Source: the human T2T-CHM13v2.0 reference genome, Homo sapiens. From it: a stretch of 64,000 nt of DNA. Positions 13,299-25,620 of the stretch are shown here, one piece after another. The notes beneath the pieces are model-generated. The model did not search any database and was not told the DNA's origin. It saw only the letters and a list, made by a program, of their open reading frames with translations. The position numbers were made by a program, and so were the translations under genes. The stretch lies in assembly GCF_009914755.1 (NCBI RefSeq), contig NC_060940.1; one strand, given 5' to 3'. Each line of letters starts with the position of its first letter. The first letter of the stretch is position 1.

Positions 13299-13467
13299 CA
13301 AAGCCAGCTTCACGGGGGTGTGGCCGATGCATATGGCCCTGTGTTTAGAAGAGATCCATGTTTAGTTTCATGCCCTGCTGTTACCATCTTGAAAATCTTA
13401 ATTTTTGATCAAGAGGTCCCACATTTTCATTTTGCACTGGGCCCACAAATTCTTACATACGGTCCTA
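13299..13467. mobile_element. MER91A (hAT-Tip100)
   Basis: gccagcttcacggg...catcttgaaaatcttaatttttgatcaagaggtcccacattttcattttgcactgggcccacaaatt...ggtcct. Confidence 0.8.
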
Positions 13468-14348
13468 GTACCACAGTATTCATGCATTGAGCTTTTATTA
13501 TGAAGCACTGTGGAGATCATTATGCACACATAACTTCATTTCCATGAGACTATGAATGAACCCCCGTGCTGTGAGCACAGACAGGAAGGACCCACGAGGT
13601 GATGGTGAGAAAGTCAGTGGACGTCAGTGGCTGAGAGGCTGTGAGGACAGAGGGAAAGAATAACAGGCAATCCCTGCTTGGTGGTTTGGTTCTCTCTTCC
13701 CCAGGGAGCTGCCCAGTGACCACAAAGAGAAAGACATGTTCTCGTCTACAGTGGTCAGGTTAGAGAAGGCGCCCTTAGCAGCAGACCTTGTGTCTCAAAG
13801 GCCATAACACGAGCTGACAATTCTTTGTTACTAGATTTTGCCCCTGCCCTACTAAGCCTGTTATTTAATATACAGAAAATACTAGGGCATCATTCATTCA
13901 CCCATTCATTTATTCCTTTTACATTTTATGAACACTCAGGAAATGCCAGATGTCATGCTGATCTTAAGAAAGAAGGAAAAATAAGTAAGTTCATGCCTTC
14001 CTTCAGGAAGCCTCCATTTCATGACCTCAAAAGTATAAGATGCATCAGAAAATATAATGCAAGACAGAAAGTGTTAAGTGCTGGGACCTTGGAGGAGTTA
14101 TCATAAGGACAAAGAGGCCCTGTGAATTGGCCCTGAATGGTAAGTGAGTGGTGGAAAATTGGGGCTTGACGTCTGACCTCAGTCTCTTTACTTACCCTGC
14201 AAGAATCTCTGCTTCTAGGGCATCTAAAAAAATAGTCTCCCTTGATAGCAGAATGAGTCCCCTTATTCTTTGCCACCTGCAAGTGCCGAATTTCGGCATC
14301 TTTTCCCCAAACCTCTAGACACACTGCATGGGAACCTCAGCTGAGCAA

Positions 14349-14355
14349 ACACACA

Positions 14356-14386
<31 letters not shown>

Positions 14387-14401
14387 TACATAGGCACACA
14401 C
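14349..14401. repeat. Interrupted (CA)n
   Basis: Seen directly. Confidence 0.9.
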
Positions 14402-14619
14402 AGGCTCTCCGCTGTTCAGTAGATGTGGGGATAGGATGTGGCATGAAATGAGAATGAAGTGTAAATTCCCACACGGTTGGAAGGAATCTCATACCATAAA
14501 ACCCAAGCACAACATAATCAATATGGCGGCCCTCCACCTCACCATTCTAGAACCAGTTGAATCAGGAACAGGTTAAGTCCCTTGTTTAAAAAGAAAAAAA
14601 AAAATCAAGTCAAAACAAA

Positions 14620-15470
14620 ACAGACCATTTCATCCTTCAAGCAGCATTCCCAGAAGTTGTGGTAAGAGACTTCATGAAAGTGCCGGCCACTCCACCTTCT
14701 ACCTTCCCCACTCCCTAAGCTTTCATAAACACTTGCCATTTCATAAAAGTTACAGTTTTACACATGATTTCTAAGCTGCCAACAATGTACAGTGTGCACC
14801 GCCCCGCCTGTTCCAACATGTTTTATAAACATAACAAGCTGTAGCAGCCACCCCAGATGTTTTCACAACTTATTTTTTTCATAATTTAAAATCTGTTTGA
14901 CCTGATGTTTTTTGCTCTGTGTGCATTTCAACTGTAAAAAAGGAAACTGAAATATTATTCATGTGGTGTTATGCTGTTACACCTAATTTCTTCTCAAGTT
15001 CACACTAAACTGAAATGTCTCTAGGAACCTTAAAAAAGGCAACAGCCGAGAAAGTGAGGAAATATGTCAAGCACTTGTAAATAAACAGCTGGCTCCCAAC
15101 ATATGGATTTTCTTCTATATTTTTCAGGTGCCACAATCTCCCATCCGTATCTGCCAGCCCTGCAGCATGCGGCATAATTCAACTGTAATTGATAATGTAA
15201 AGGCAGATGGAGAGGACTGTCAGCTCCTCCCTTGGATCTCTGGGGACGCTGCAGAAATCAAAGCAGATGGCCCAATTGCATCTTCTTTATGTGTTGCTGC
15301 AAGCTTCTCTGTCTGCAAGATAATGGATCATTACGGCCTGCTGTGTACAAACACCAATATGCTTTTAAATCTGGTTCTCAAGCTTATGAAAAAGCACTAT
15401 ATTTCATATTAATTTGTGAAGCTGCACTTAACAAGGTCCACTGTTGTTAATTTACGATTTGGAAGGGTGG
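14620..15470. promoter_or_regulatory. Candidate conserved developmental enhancer
   Basis: About 850 bp free of repeats. CAGATG x3 (14854, 15204, 15264), T-box-like GGTGTTA/TTACACCT 14965-14984, FOX TGTAAATAAACA 15076-15087, TCF ATCAAAG 15257-15263, AATTTACGA 15449-15457. Confidence 0.5.
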
Positions 15471-16395
15471 GAGGGAGAAGTTCCCATGGAGAGCTCTCCT
15501 CTGCCTTCTCCCCTCCCCCATCTTGGCTCTCTCTGCCTCCCCCGGCCCTGCCTCCCATCCGGCAAGAGGTGGTCAGCTGAAGAGAACACAATATCCAGAT
15601 CTGCTGCTCTGATATTCAATTGACGCATTGGATTCCGACAGTCAGAGGTTTGCTGAACATGCCACTGGGGAAGAGGTTGGGTTTTAATCCCCCAACAGTG
15701 GCATGGATACTGGAAAGGAGAAAGTCTCAGAATCATTCTTTCTGCACTCTCTTGCCTCCTCCTCCTGCCTCTCCAGTGAGGAAAAAGAAGGCAAGGGAAG
15801 TAGGAAACTCAGTGTCCTACCTGCTCTATCACAACGTTTACGGGGAAGGGTTCATGGCAAAATTGCAAAATCGAAAAGATTTTCAGTGGTACATACACAT
15901 CCACATTCAAGAGACCTTCTCCTTTCTCCCTTGACAAGTATTTTAAGCCCTCACTGTGTACCAAAAAATATTCTGAGTTCAGAGGACACCAAGGGGAATA
16001 ATATGAAATGAATACCCCTAGCTCTAGCAGCTTGTGACTGTAGCTATCTCAACTGAAAACTTGTAAAGAATGTGAAAGAGGTGCTTGATTGTGCTGGTCC
16101 CAGGCTGCTGTAGGAACATAGAGGCAGAACAAATAAATCCTGCTCAGAACCTTGAAAGTGTGACCTACGGGGTGGGTAGGACTTGGGCCAGGTAACAAGA
16201 TATACAGAAGATATTGAGGTGTAGTAGATTTTACACTGCATGATGGAGAACTTTTGAGAAATCTTGATTTGTAATGTGAAAGAATTGCATTCTTCCATTC
16301 TTGGCTCAGAGCCTACCTTGCTCTCCTTTGTCCTATTCCAACAGAGCTTTAAAGCCAGTTGCTCATGAGATGCCAGTAACTAAAGGCTTAAAGAA

Positions 16396-16676
16396 GGGGC
16401 ACAGTGGCTCACACCTGTAATCCCAACACTTTGGGAGGCTGAGTCAGGAAGACCGCTTGAGCTCAGGCATTCCAGACCAGCCTGAGCAATGTGAGGAGAC
16501 CCCGTCTCTACAAAAAATAAAAAACTTAGCCAAGGGCAATGGTGTGTGCCCATAGTCCCAGCTACTTGTGAGGCTGAGGTGAGAGGATCACTTGAGCCCA
16601 GGAAGTTGAGGCTGCAGTGAGCTGTGATTGCACTTCAGTCTGGGAGAGAGAGAAAGACGTTGTCTCCCCTGAAAAA
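16396..16676 (+). mobile_element. AluJ (Jo-like)
   Basis: Diverged dimeric Alu, gaggatcacttgagcccaggaagttgaggctgcagtgagc; eroded tail. Confidence 0.9.
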
Positions 16677-16879
16677 GGGGAGGGGGTTGCAACTCGAATG
16701 CCTACAAAGATCCAGCATATAAAATTGGGTGTAGCTGGCCAGCTGTGCCATAAAAAGGGATGAGTTGGGAGTCAGGGAACTGGAGAGGCAGGCTGTGTAG
16801 ACCAAAGGAAACCCCTCTGCTGGCAAGAATAGTGGAGGCCACCAGGTTGTAGTTCTTGCCTTTGGTTACTAAAACTAAC

Positions 16880-17215
16880 TAGTAGTGAGGGATGGGGAGA
16901 GAAAGAGAGGTTAGTTAATGGATACAACAATACAGTTAACTAGAAGGAATAAGATCTAGTCTTCGATAGCACCATAGGGTGACTATAATTAACAATAATG
17001 TATCGTATATTTCAAAATAGACAGAAGAATATATTTGGAATGTTCTCAATACAAAGAAATGATAAATGTTTGAGGTGATGGATGTCACAATTATGCAGAT
17101 TTGATTATTGTACTTTGCATGCTTGTGTCAGAATATCACACACACCCCATAGATATGCACAACTACTATGTGCATGAAAAATAAATGAAAAATAAAATTA
17201 TCTAAATAATAAAAG
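16880..17215 (+). mobile_element. L1MA-type 3' UTR
   Basis: aaggaataagatctagt...agggtgactataattaacaataat...atttcaaaatag...gataaatgtttgaggtgatgga. Confidence 0.87.
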
Positions 17216-18829
17216 CTAGAAAAGCCTAAGTACTTCATATACATCACTTAGTTTTGTTTTTTTTTCTCATGCAGCAACCCAAAGTACCCCCAAACCATAG
17301 AACAGTGCTATTGGCTTGCACAGCTCCCTATAGATCTGCCCCCTTCAGGCAACTATGAGCTAGGGGAGAAACAGGAGCAACAGAGCAAGTGGATGCTCCC
17401 TGACTCCAAGGCTGTGCCAATGCCTCCCTTTAACCAGAATCCAGAAACTGTGTGTGCTGTCATGTTTTGCTTGAATCTCACAATTTAAGACAATAATATT
17501 AATCATAGAAATAATGAAATGTAAAAATTGGCAGATACTAGCTCTAAAGCCAGATTCCAGCTTCTCATAAAATTTCAGAAGATCTGACAAGCCAGAGACG
17601 CATGATCATGTGGCAAGCCTCACCTGGAGCCTAGTACCGACAAGGCCCACCCCTCGTGGTGGCTGTGAACACCATGGCCAAAGGCAGAAACCACCAGTTA
17701 GTGGGGCTCATTATGGCAGAACAAATGATTCTCACTCACCTTCTTTCCACGTGAAATTACAACTCCCTGAAAAACAAAGCACCTGTGGTCTTCCCAGGCA
17801 AGGACTTTTTCATTAGCATTCTGATGGTGAATAATATCTATCTCATTTCTCTCATAGGCAAACAAATAACTAAAAGAAAACAGAACCACATACGGTAGCC
17901 CCTAAATGTGTTTTTTTTCTTACTGACATGAATTAATTACACAGTAATCATAAATGAGACTCATGTTCATTTCTTCATTTGCTAGATAGTTATAATAGTT
18001 AAACAGCTAAAATGGTTCATGGTTTATCACTGAACCATGATTGTATTGAGTTGACCGAAGACAAGAGACTGTGTTAAGTCTCCTGGAATCACAGCAGTAG
18101 AAGAAGTCATGAAGCAATCCCCTCGAATGAGCTGAACAACAGTAGGAACAATTAGTTTTAATAGTTAAGATTCCCAAGACGTCTTATCTAATCTTATTTT
18201 CAAAACTCTCAAAAATGTTTAGTTTTTCAAAATAAGCAAAAGTGCAATTGTGCGGGTACGTTGGTATGAACTGATTCTATATTCTTTCAATATAATGGTG
18301 ACACTGATTGGGGGTAACTTTCTTCATCTCTTTTCCTGCGTTTGTGAAAAAGGATAGAGCCAGAGATTGGTCTATACACACGAGGCATTCTATTAACCTC
18401 TTAGGGTCTCAAAATTTATTCTTTCACTCACTCATTAATTCATTCAACTCGTATCTACCAAATGCCCACTATGAGCCAGGTTCCTTCCAGTTCAACTATT
18501 TCTTGAATGATGAATGGAATTTATCTGATTTTAATGCAGGTTCATCAATAGGCAGACATTTTATTCATTCCCCTTTCCAATTCTGGCTTTGCAAGACAGG
18601 AAACCCTATATACACATCCACCTTAAGCAGTGGGGAAGGGAGGTCAGTCTAAATGGGGCTCAGGAAGAACCCTGGAATCACATTCTGCAACCAGATTTGG
18701 AAACTTCTCCTCTGTAGTGTCTTCTCTCAGAATAATGAGGGGAAACCAATTGGTAATCTAACCGCTGCAGCACAAGGCTTAGCTTTCTTGCCTGTCTTCC
18801 ACATTGGTCTGCATGTTCTTCAAGGTCCA

Positions 18830-19065
18830 TGTGGCAGTGTATATTGAGCATGGCCTTTGGGGTCTGATAGACCTGAGTTTAAATCTCGGGTTTGTACTTA
18901 CTTGCTGTGTCATCTTGGGGTGCTTACTCAATCTCTCTAAATCTCTAATCATTCATTGAGTAAAATACAATAAATAATAATTACATCACAGAGTTATATA
19001 TAATGAAACAAAAAATAAGGCTGATAACATGCATATCACAATATGAGGCACATAGTAGGTATCAT
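18830..19065 (+). mobile_element. MIR
   Basis: ggctttggggtctgatagacctgagtttaaatctc...cttacttgctgtgtcatcttggg. Confidence 0.75.
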
Positions 19066-20056
19066 TTGGGATCATTCCCATGTCTCCAGAGGCAATGTCT
19101 CATTTGTCCATGGCCCCAATATACACACTACTCAGAGAATATGTTTTGAACTAAAAGAAGTATTTTCCTGTCTAGCTCGCCATTTGGACTGGCCTCCTTT
19201 CAGTTGGAATTAAAAATGTTGGTTCTTACTACTTTTATATCCCTTAGTGTCTCTAATGCCCCTCCCCAGACGTAAGGAACATGGTCAGTTTTTCCTCCTG
19301 AAACGCAAAGATTGTCACACCAGAAAATCTAAAAGCACAAGAGATTCAGGTCTTGTGTTTTGGGTTTTAGTTTGCAACTTGGGGGTATAACTTCTCTGAG
19401 AGCAAAGACAAACCTTAAATTATGGCATCATTTGCCAAATGTGGGATGATTTCAAGTTGCCTTAGCTAGATATCTCCTGAGGTTGAGGTTGAGGCCACAG
19501 GTCCCTGCACAGTGGCTGTTGAGATTTCGCAGCTCACCTGCTCCTGGCATCCTTGATACGGAGCAAGCTTGAAGCCTCATACTGATACTGCACCAAATAA
19601 CTCAGAATGCTTTGTAAAAGTTAGTACATGTTTATTAGGAGCTTAGAAGGGCCTTGAGATTCCAAGACCACTCTGCCAGAAAGAATATGTGCATGGATGA
19701 GGAATATCTCATTTCTTTCCAAAATTGTCCCTCACTTTCCCTACCTATCTACCAAATGTTGTTGTTATTGTTCCAACCCCCAGGGATGTTTTGAAGTTAA
19801 ATTGAGTGCCATACATGAGAAAGAGCTGTAAAATACATCATGCATACAACTGCTCCATTATTACTGATGAGGCAATCGGGTAGCATTTCAAAGAACATGG
19901 GCTTCAGGGTCAGATAAAATTAGGTCTGAAGCCCCACTTTTGAGCCTCAGGTTCTTATCTGGAAAATGCAGATAACTACCTTATAGGATAGGTAGTGTTT
20001 CACATCATCCTTGGCAAATAGTATGTATATGGTGACTGATAACAAGAATAAAGACA

Positions 20057-20349
<293 letters not shown>

Positions 20350-20369
20350 AATAAAGACAATAATATTAA

Positions 20370-20580
20370 TAGAATAGTAACAATAGTTAACATACATTGA
20401 ACATTTTCCCTGTTTCAGGTATGGTATTACATACTTTGCATGCTTTATCCCATTAACTCCTTGCAACAACCCTGAAACTGATGCTATTATTATCCCCACT
20501 TCACAGATTAGGAAGCAGAGGCCCAAAAAGATGAAAAAATTTGCCCAGATTCAAACTAGATGGGCTGATCACAGCCCTGA
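20370..20580 (-). mobile_element. MIR
   Basis: ctattattatccccacttcacagattaggaagcagaggccca. Confidence 0.78.
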
Positions 20581-20874
20581 CTTCAGAAGCAAGATGTTTC
20601 CGTGAGAGCTAACATTTATCATTATCATTATTGGAGCTAGGATGTTGCTTCCAAGTCCAATGCCTGTGCCCTGCACTTACTCCCTTTGCAACATCTGTCA
20701 TGATGCCAAATCATTCCAATTTTTCTTGACTGATTCTGATGTTGGGAACCTTACTACTTGCGACTGCCCTGTCCAGCATCAAAACTCCATGACCCTAACA
20801 TTTCTTCAAGGACTATAGAGGTTTGTGCCCTTAGAAATAGCTAGGAACAAGGAATGACTAAGGAAAAGTAGCAG

Positions 20875-21160
20875 ATTAAGAGAGAGTGAGAAAAAAACAG
20901 CAACCAAATGCAACGTGGGACACTGGATTGCATCCCAGACAAAAAAAAAAGAACATTAGGGAAAGACTGGTGAGATTCAAATAGGGCCTGCCATCTAGTG
21001 AATAGTATTGTACCAATGTTAATTTCCTGCTTTTGATCATTTTACAGTCGTTGTGGAAGACGTCAATATGAAGGAAAACTGGGTGAGGGGTATATAGGGA
21101 CTCTATAGTTTTGCAACTTTTCTGTAAGTCTAAAATTAGTTCAAACTAAAAAGTTTAAAA
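20875..21160 (+). mobile_element. L1MC/ME-type 3' UTR fragment
   Basis: aaccaaatgcaacgtg...gtattgtaccaatgttaatttcctg...aactgggtgaggggtatataggga...ttttgcaacttttctgtaagtctaaaatt. Confidence 0.8.
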
Positions 21161-21660
21161 TATATATCCAGAAAACAAAGGAAATTTGAACTAATGATAA
21201 GAGAAGAGAGAGGGTTTTGTTTTTTGTTTTTTGTTGTTGTTTTTTTTTTTTTTTCTAAAAGAAGAGGAGACCCAAAAGAGAGCATGACTGGGGTTTTGTT
21301 TTGCACAGAGCTAATATCAGAAGGAAACAAAGATGCATTGGCAAGCCCCTCTGTGGGCTTCCTGACTGGGGGATGCTATTGTTCCTAGACATCAGAGGAT
21401 CCTCTCCCATGCTCAGCACACACCTTGTCTGCACTACCTCACACTCAGATACCCCACCACATGACTGTGCCACCTTCAGCCTCAGCAAGCCTGAGAAACA
21501 CGAAGAACACAGATCATGATTAAAAAGCCCTTCTCTGCACAGAACAATTCTGGAGTTAATGCAACCCCGAAGGAACTGATGGCAAGCCCCATGGAGCAGG
21601 GGTTACCTTGGGACTCAGCATAGTGCTTAATAACACTCCATAAAAGCCCATTGGTAAATA

Positions 21661-21950
21661 CAGATTGTCCTCGACTTATAATGGCTCAATTCAAGATTTT
21701 TCAGTTATGATGGGTTTATGCAGGTGTAAACCCCATGCTAAGTCAAAGAGCTCCTTACAATTTACCATGGAGTTATGGTTTCTACTGAATTCTTACCACT
21801 TTTGCACCAACTTGAAGTAAAAAAATCAGCAAGTGAAACCATTGTAAGTCAGTCAAGGACCCTGTGCAGTGTTGCCAGCATGAAATGTACTTTTGACTCA
21901 GGATGGGTTTATCAGGATACAGCTCCCTTGTAAGTTGAGAGGCATCTCTG
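21661..21950. mobile_element. MER47/Tigger5-type MITE
   Basis: TA-preceded cagattgtcctcgacttataatgg; right end gatgggtttatcaggatacagctcccttgtaagttgagaggcatct. Confidence 0.7.
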
Positions 21951-22046
21951 CATCAGTGAGTGGATGGAAGGTGACTATTAACTTGCCATTAACCAGTCCT
22001 TTGGGCCTAACAAATTCAATGTTTAGGATGAACTTTGAAAATAGTG

Positions 22047-22112
22047 AAGTTATATAGATTATATGTCTAAGAAGTTATATAATAAAGTTGTATAGATTAT
22101 ATGTCTAAGAAG
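22047..22112. repeat. 38-bp-period tandem duplication
   Basis: AAGTT(A/G)TATAGATTATATGTCTAAGAAG at 22047-22074 and 22085-22112. Confidence 0.9.
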
Positions 22113-23689
22113 AACTTTGAACTGAATATGAAATTGCCTCTGATATTTGTTATGAGCTTGACATTTGTGGAGAATTTTAGAGATTAAATCCTTTTGCAAC
22201 ATGCTGCACCTATACATTATGATGGGCTGAAAAACACGGAGTGTTTATTAACTGGGGCTTCTGAAGTATCTCTTTCGAATAAGGAGGCATGTTTATTTAT
22301 TTGTCACTTTTCTCTATTTGGAACTCAGGTCGGTTGCTATCATTTCCCTGCTCAAATCCTTCCTTTCCCATATTATACATGTATTTGCTGATTGTCTGTC
22401 TCCACTCCCTGGATGTAAATTCCATGGGACAAGGACTATGTGGCTTTGGTCAGTCCCATAATCAAAGGGCTGAGGGTAATACCTCACAGAATAGGTGCTC
22501 GATAAACGCTGATCATATATATGATGATTTGTCACCTAGGAGCAGTTCCCTACAAGTAATAAGGTGCTGTCACAGATTTTATGCATATCCCCTAAGAGCT
22601 CCATGGGGTGTTTGGAAATCAAGGCACTGAGAAAGAAAGGTCCCACAGCCAACAGAGAGGAGCCCGCACTCCAACTTAGAGTTTCAGACCTCCTAATGTG
22701 GCAACTTTCCTCACACACCACCATGGAATTCCACCAAACCAAAACCCCCTCCACTTCCAGCCCCACCCGGCCACCAGGCACCTAGCTAGGCCTCAGGGCC
22801 CCCACTTTCCCCCTCACTGTATATCAAAATATGCCTTTGAGGTGTGCACAAACCGAGTTAGTTTTCTTTTTCCCACCACATAGAAAAGTGTCTTGCCTTC
22901 TTTCACCAGCTTTTCAGTGTGAGTGTCATTCCAATAAGTGCATTCTCGTAATCCCAGGACACTCCCTATCACAGCATTTCTGATCCCTGCAGAAGAATGT
23001 CTTTTATTCTTAACTCTGCCTCATTCTCATACTGGGCTCAATGGGATTTATTAAGGCAATTATTTTTTTGCAAATGAATTGGCATCTGAGCAATGAATCT
23101 AACAGGCAAAAACCCCCTTTATTATTATTTTTTTCAGGTCAGCAGATTCACTGGTCATTTCCTTAATAGGTACTAATTCAGTCCTTCCTGAATAGGAGGT
23201 TGGGGCATCGCTTGAAGACTTCTTAGATCAGAAGAAAATTCAGAAACACTCCTGACAAGAAAAAAAAAAAGAAAAAAATATATATAGGATCAAAGGGATA
23301 CACCCATTACACCCCCACACTCCCCCAGCCTCCAGGCTCAAACGAAGGGGCAGCACTGGAGAAGAGGGAGGTCAGGAAGCTCTCCTGAGCATACAGGTGG
23401 ACAGACCATTCTCTTTGACTAGATATCAGTGGGGGTAGCACTAAAAGGCTGAGTTCCCACTACCCCCAATCTTAGTTTTTAAATCAACACCTACCTAAAA
23501 ACTTCCATGGCTCTAGAGGGCACAATTCTCCATGCCTTGTTTCCTGGTCCTTACTCAATATTCTGATCAGACATCACTGTCTCCACTTTGCAGGTGGGGA
23601 AACTTAGATTTGTCCAAGTGTGAAGCCGGGGTGGGGGAGGGGCAGCATGAAGAAAGCCTTGGTTTTGTGTGTCCTTCTGAGATCATGAA

Positions 23690-23900
23690 CTCTGTAATGA
23701 GACTGCAGACAGGTGTTCCAGGGTCCTGTGCTTGCTAGCTGTGTGACCTTGGGCTGGTCACTGTTACTCAACCATTTCCTCATCAGTGAGCAGGGAATAG
23801 TAATAGTACCTAGCTCAAATGAAACAGCAGATATAAAGGCCTTGGTGCCGCATCTGGAATACAGACAGCAGTCACAAATGTTGGCTTTCACTGCTGTTAT
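23690..23900 (+). mobile_element. MIR
   Basis: cttgctagctgtgtgaccttgggc...tttcctcatcagtgagcagggaatagtaatagtacctagctca. Confidence 0.8.
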
Positions 23901-24461
23901 TTTCTGTAGTCTTCTCTTGGGGTAACTGGCCCTGGTTAAAATAAAATGAGACTAGAGTTTTTGGCCCCATGCTGACTTCTCTGTTTTTCCTGTGGAACAA
24001 CCTTATAGGTGAACTTCCCTCCCAATAAAGCTTCTGTGATAGTTGGGAAACTAAACTCTTTGAATCTTGAAACAGAATTCTTTTTCACAGAATTCCTTTC
24101 ATAGAAAAGCAAAATAATTCAGTTCTGTTACAGAGAGGCAGAATTCAGGATGCATTCAACACCCAAATTCAACTACATGTGCTCTCTTTTTATGTAATTC
24201 AAAACCAGCACACAATTACGTTTTGCATGTTGCTTTGCTATGTATATTCTTGCGTGTTGCTCTGTTATGTATAGTCTGTGTATATTTTCTGTTGACACAT
24301 CTGTATTACTACAGAATTATATCCATAAGATCTAGATTTCTGAGCTTCATTGTTGGACAATTTACAAGTTCCAAGGATAACTTTGACCACTCAACATTTT
24401 CATCAGTCTTTAGCATCTAACCTCTAGGTTAGAAGCAACACTGCTATACTCCACTCTTTCT

Positions 24462-24794
24462 TTTTTTTTTTTAATTATACTTTAAGTTTTAGGGTACACG
24501 TGCACAACATGCAGGTTAGTTACATATGTATACATGTGCCATGTTGGTGCAGCCATAAAAAATAAAGAGTTCATGTCCTTTGTAGGGACATGGATGAATC
24601 TGGAAACCATCATTCTCAGCAAACTATCACAAGGACAAAAAACCAAACACCGCATGTTCTCACTCATAGGTGGGAATTGAACAATGAGACAATGAGAACA
24701 CATGGACACAGGAAGGGGAACATCACACACCGGGGCCTGTTGTGGGGTGGGGGGAGGGGGGAGGGATAGCATTAGGAGATATACCTAATGTTAA
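24462..24794 (-). mobile_element. L1PA3/PA4-like, 5'-truncated and 5'-inverted (twin-primed) insertion
   Basis: Poly-T plus minus-strand L1 3' end to ~24549, then plus-strand L1 3' region to 24796. Perfect 16-bp TSD ATACTCCACTCTTTCT at 24446-24461 and 24795-24810. Confidence 0.93.
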
Positions 24795-25369
24795 ATACTC
24801 CACTCTTTCTGAAGCACTCTTCTGTTTAGAAGCTCAAAAGCCATCACCTCTGAATTCCTGATGAGGCCAAAACGAGGTAACAATAACTGAGGGTTAGTCG
24901 TCTAACATAGAGGATAACCAAGGCCCAGAGAGAGGTCTGCCCCATCTCCATGCATGGTGATGTAGTGAGTTCGTAAAACCCAGAGAATGCCTAGGTGAGT
25001 CCACATCAGAAATCAGCCAGTGGCTCCGGCACTAACAAATGAGATACACTGGCTGTTCATTTTCTAATGTAAATTCTAGATGGGAACCAGGGAGGGAGGA
25101 GAGCAAAAGAACAAATTGGATGTAATCAGAATCAGATTCAAGATAAACTGCTAATGGTTAATAGGGTCAGCCACCCAAGCAGCAGCCAGACCTGGAATTT
25201 TCCACTCTCACTCTCTGCCTGACATTCACTAGAGGCCACATGTGCATTAGTCTACAGTTCAAGTAACCAGCTCCCGGTGCTGATGAAAGGCAGGAGAAAC
25301 AAGGGGAGTTACCTTCCACTCTGGCATGGCCAGGGTAAGGGAGGGAATTCCTCTTGGAGAGAAATGATA

Positions 25370-25620
25370 ATCATAACAGCATAAAAATAACACCCAACCC
25401 CTTCATCAGCATTGCTAACAACATTAAGAGTTAACTGGCTAACTCTGCAAAAAGGGCTTTAAGTAGATGGCCTCATTAAACATTCGTAACTATCTTTGAG
25501 ATAAATAGATATTCTCATTTTACAGATGAGGAAACTGAGAATCTAAGGGACCAAGATATTGACAGGAAATCACTCAGCTAAGAGGAGGCAGAGCTGGGTT
25601 TGGAGTGCATAAGCCCCAAA
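25370..25620 (-). mobile_element. MIR
   Basis: ctcattttacagatgaggaaactgagaatctaag. Confidence 0.8.

Noticed and set aside
18012-18040. Overlapping 8-bp inverted repeats (ATGGTTCA/TGAACCAT)
   Set aside because: Too short for a pre-miRNA or MITE; expected by chance in 64 kb
24743-24765. G-quadruplex-like tract
   Set aside because: Standard feature of the L1PA 3' UTR
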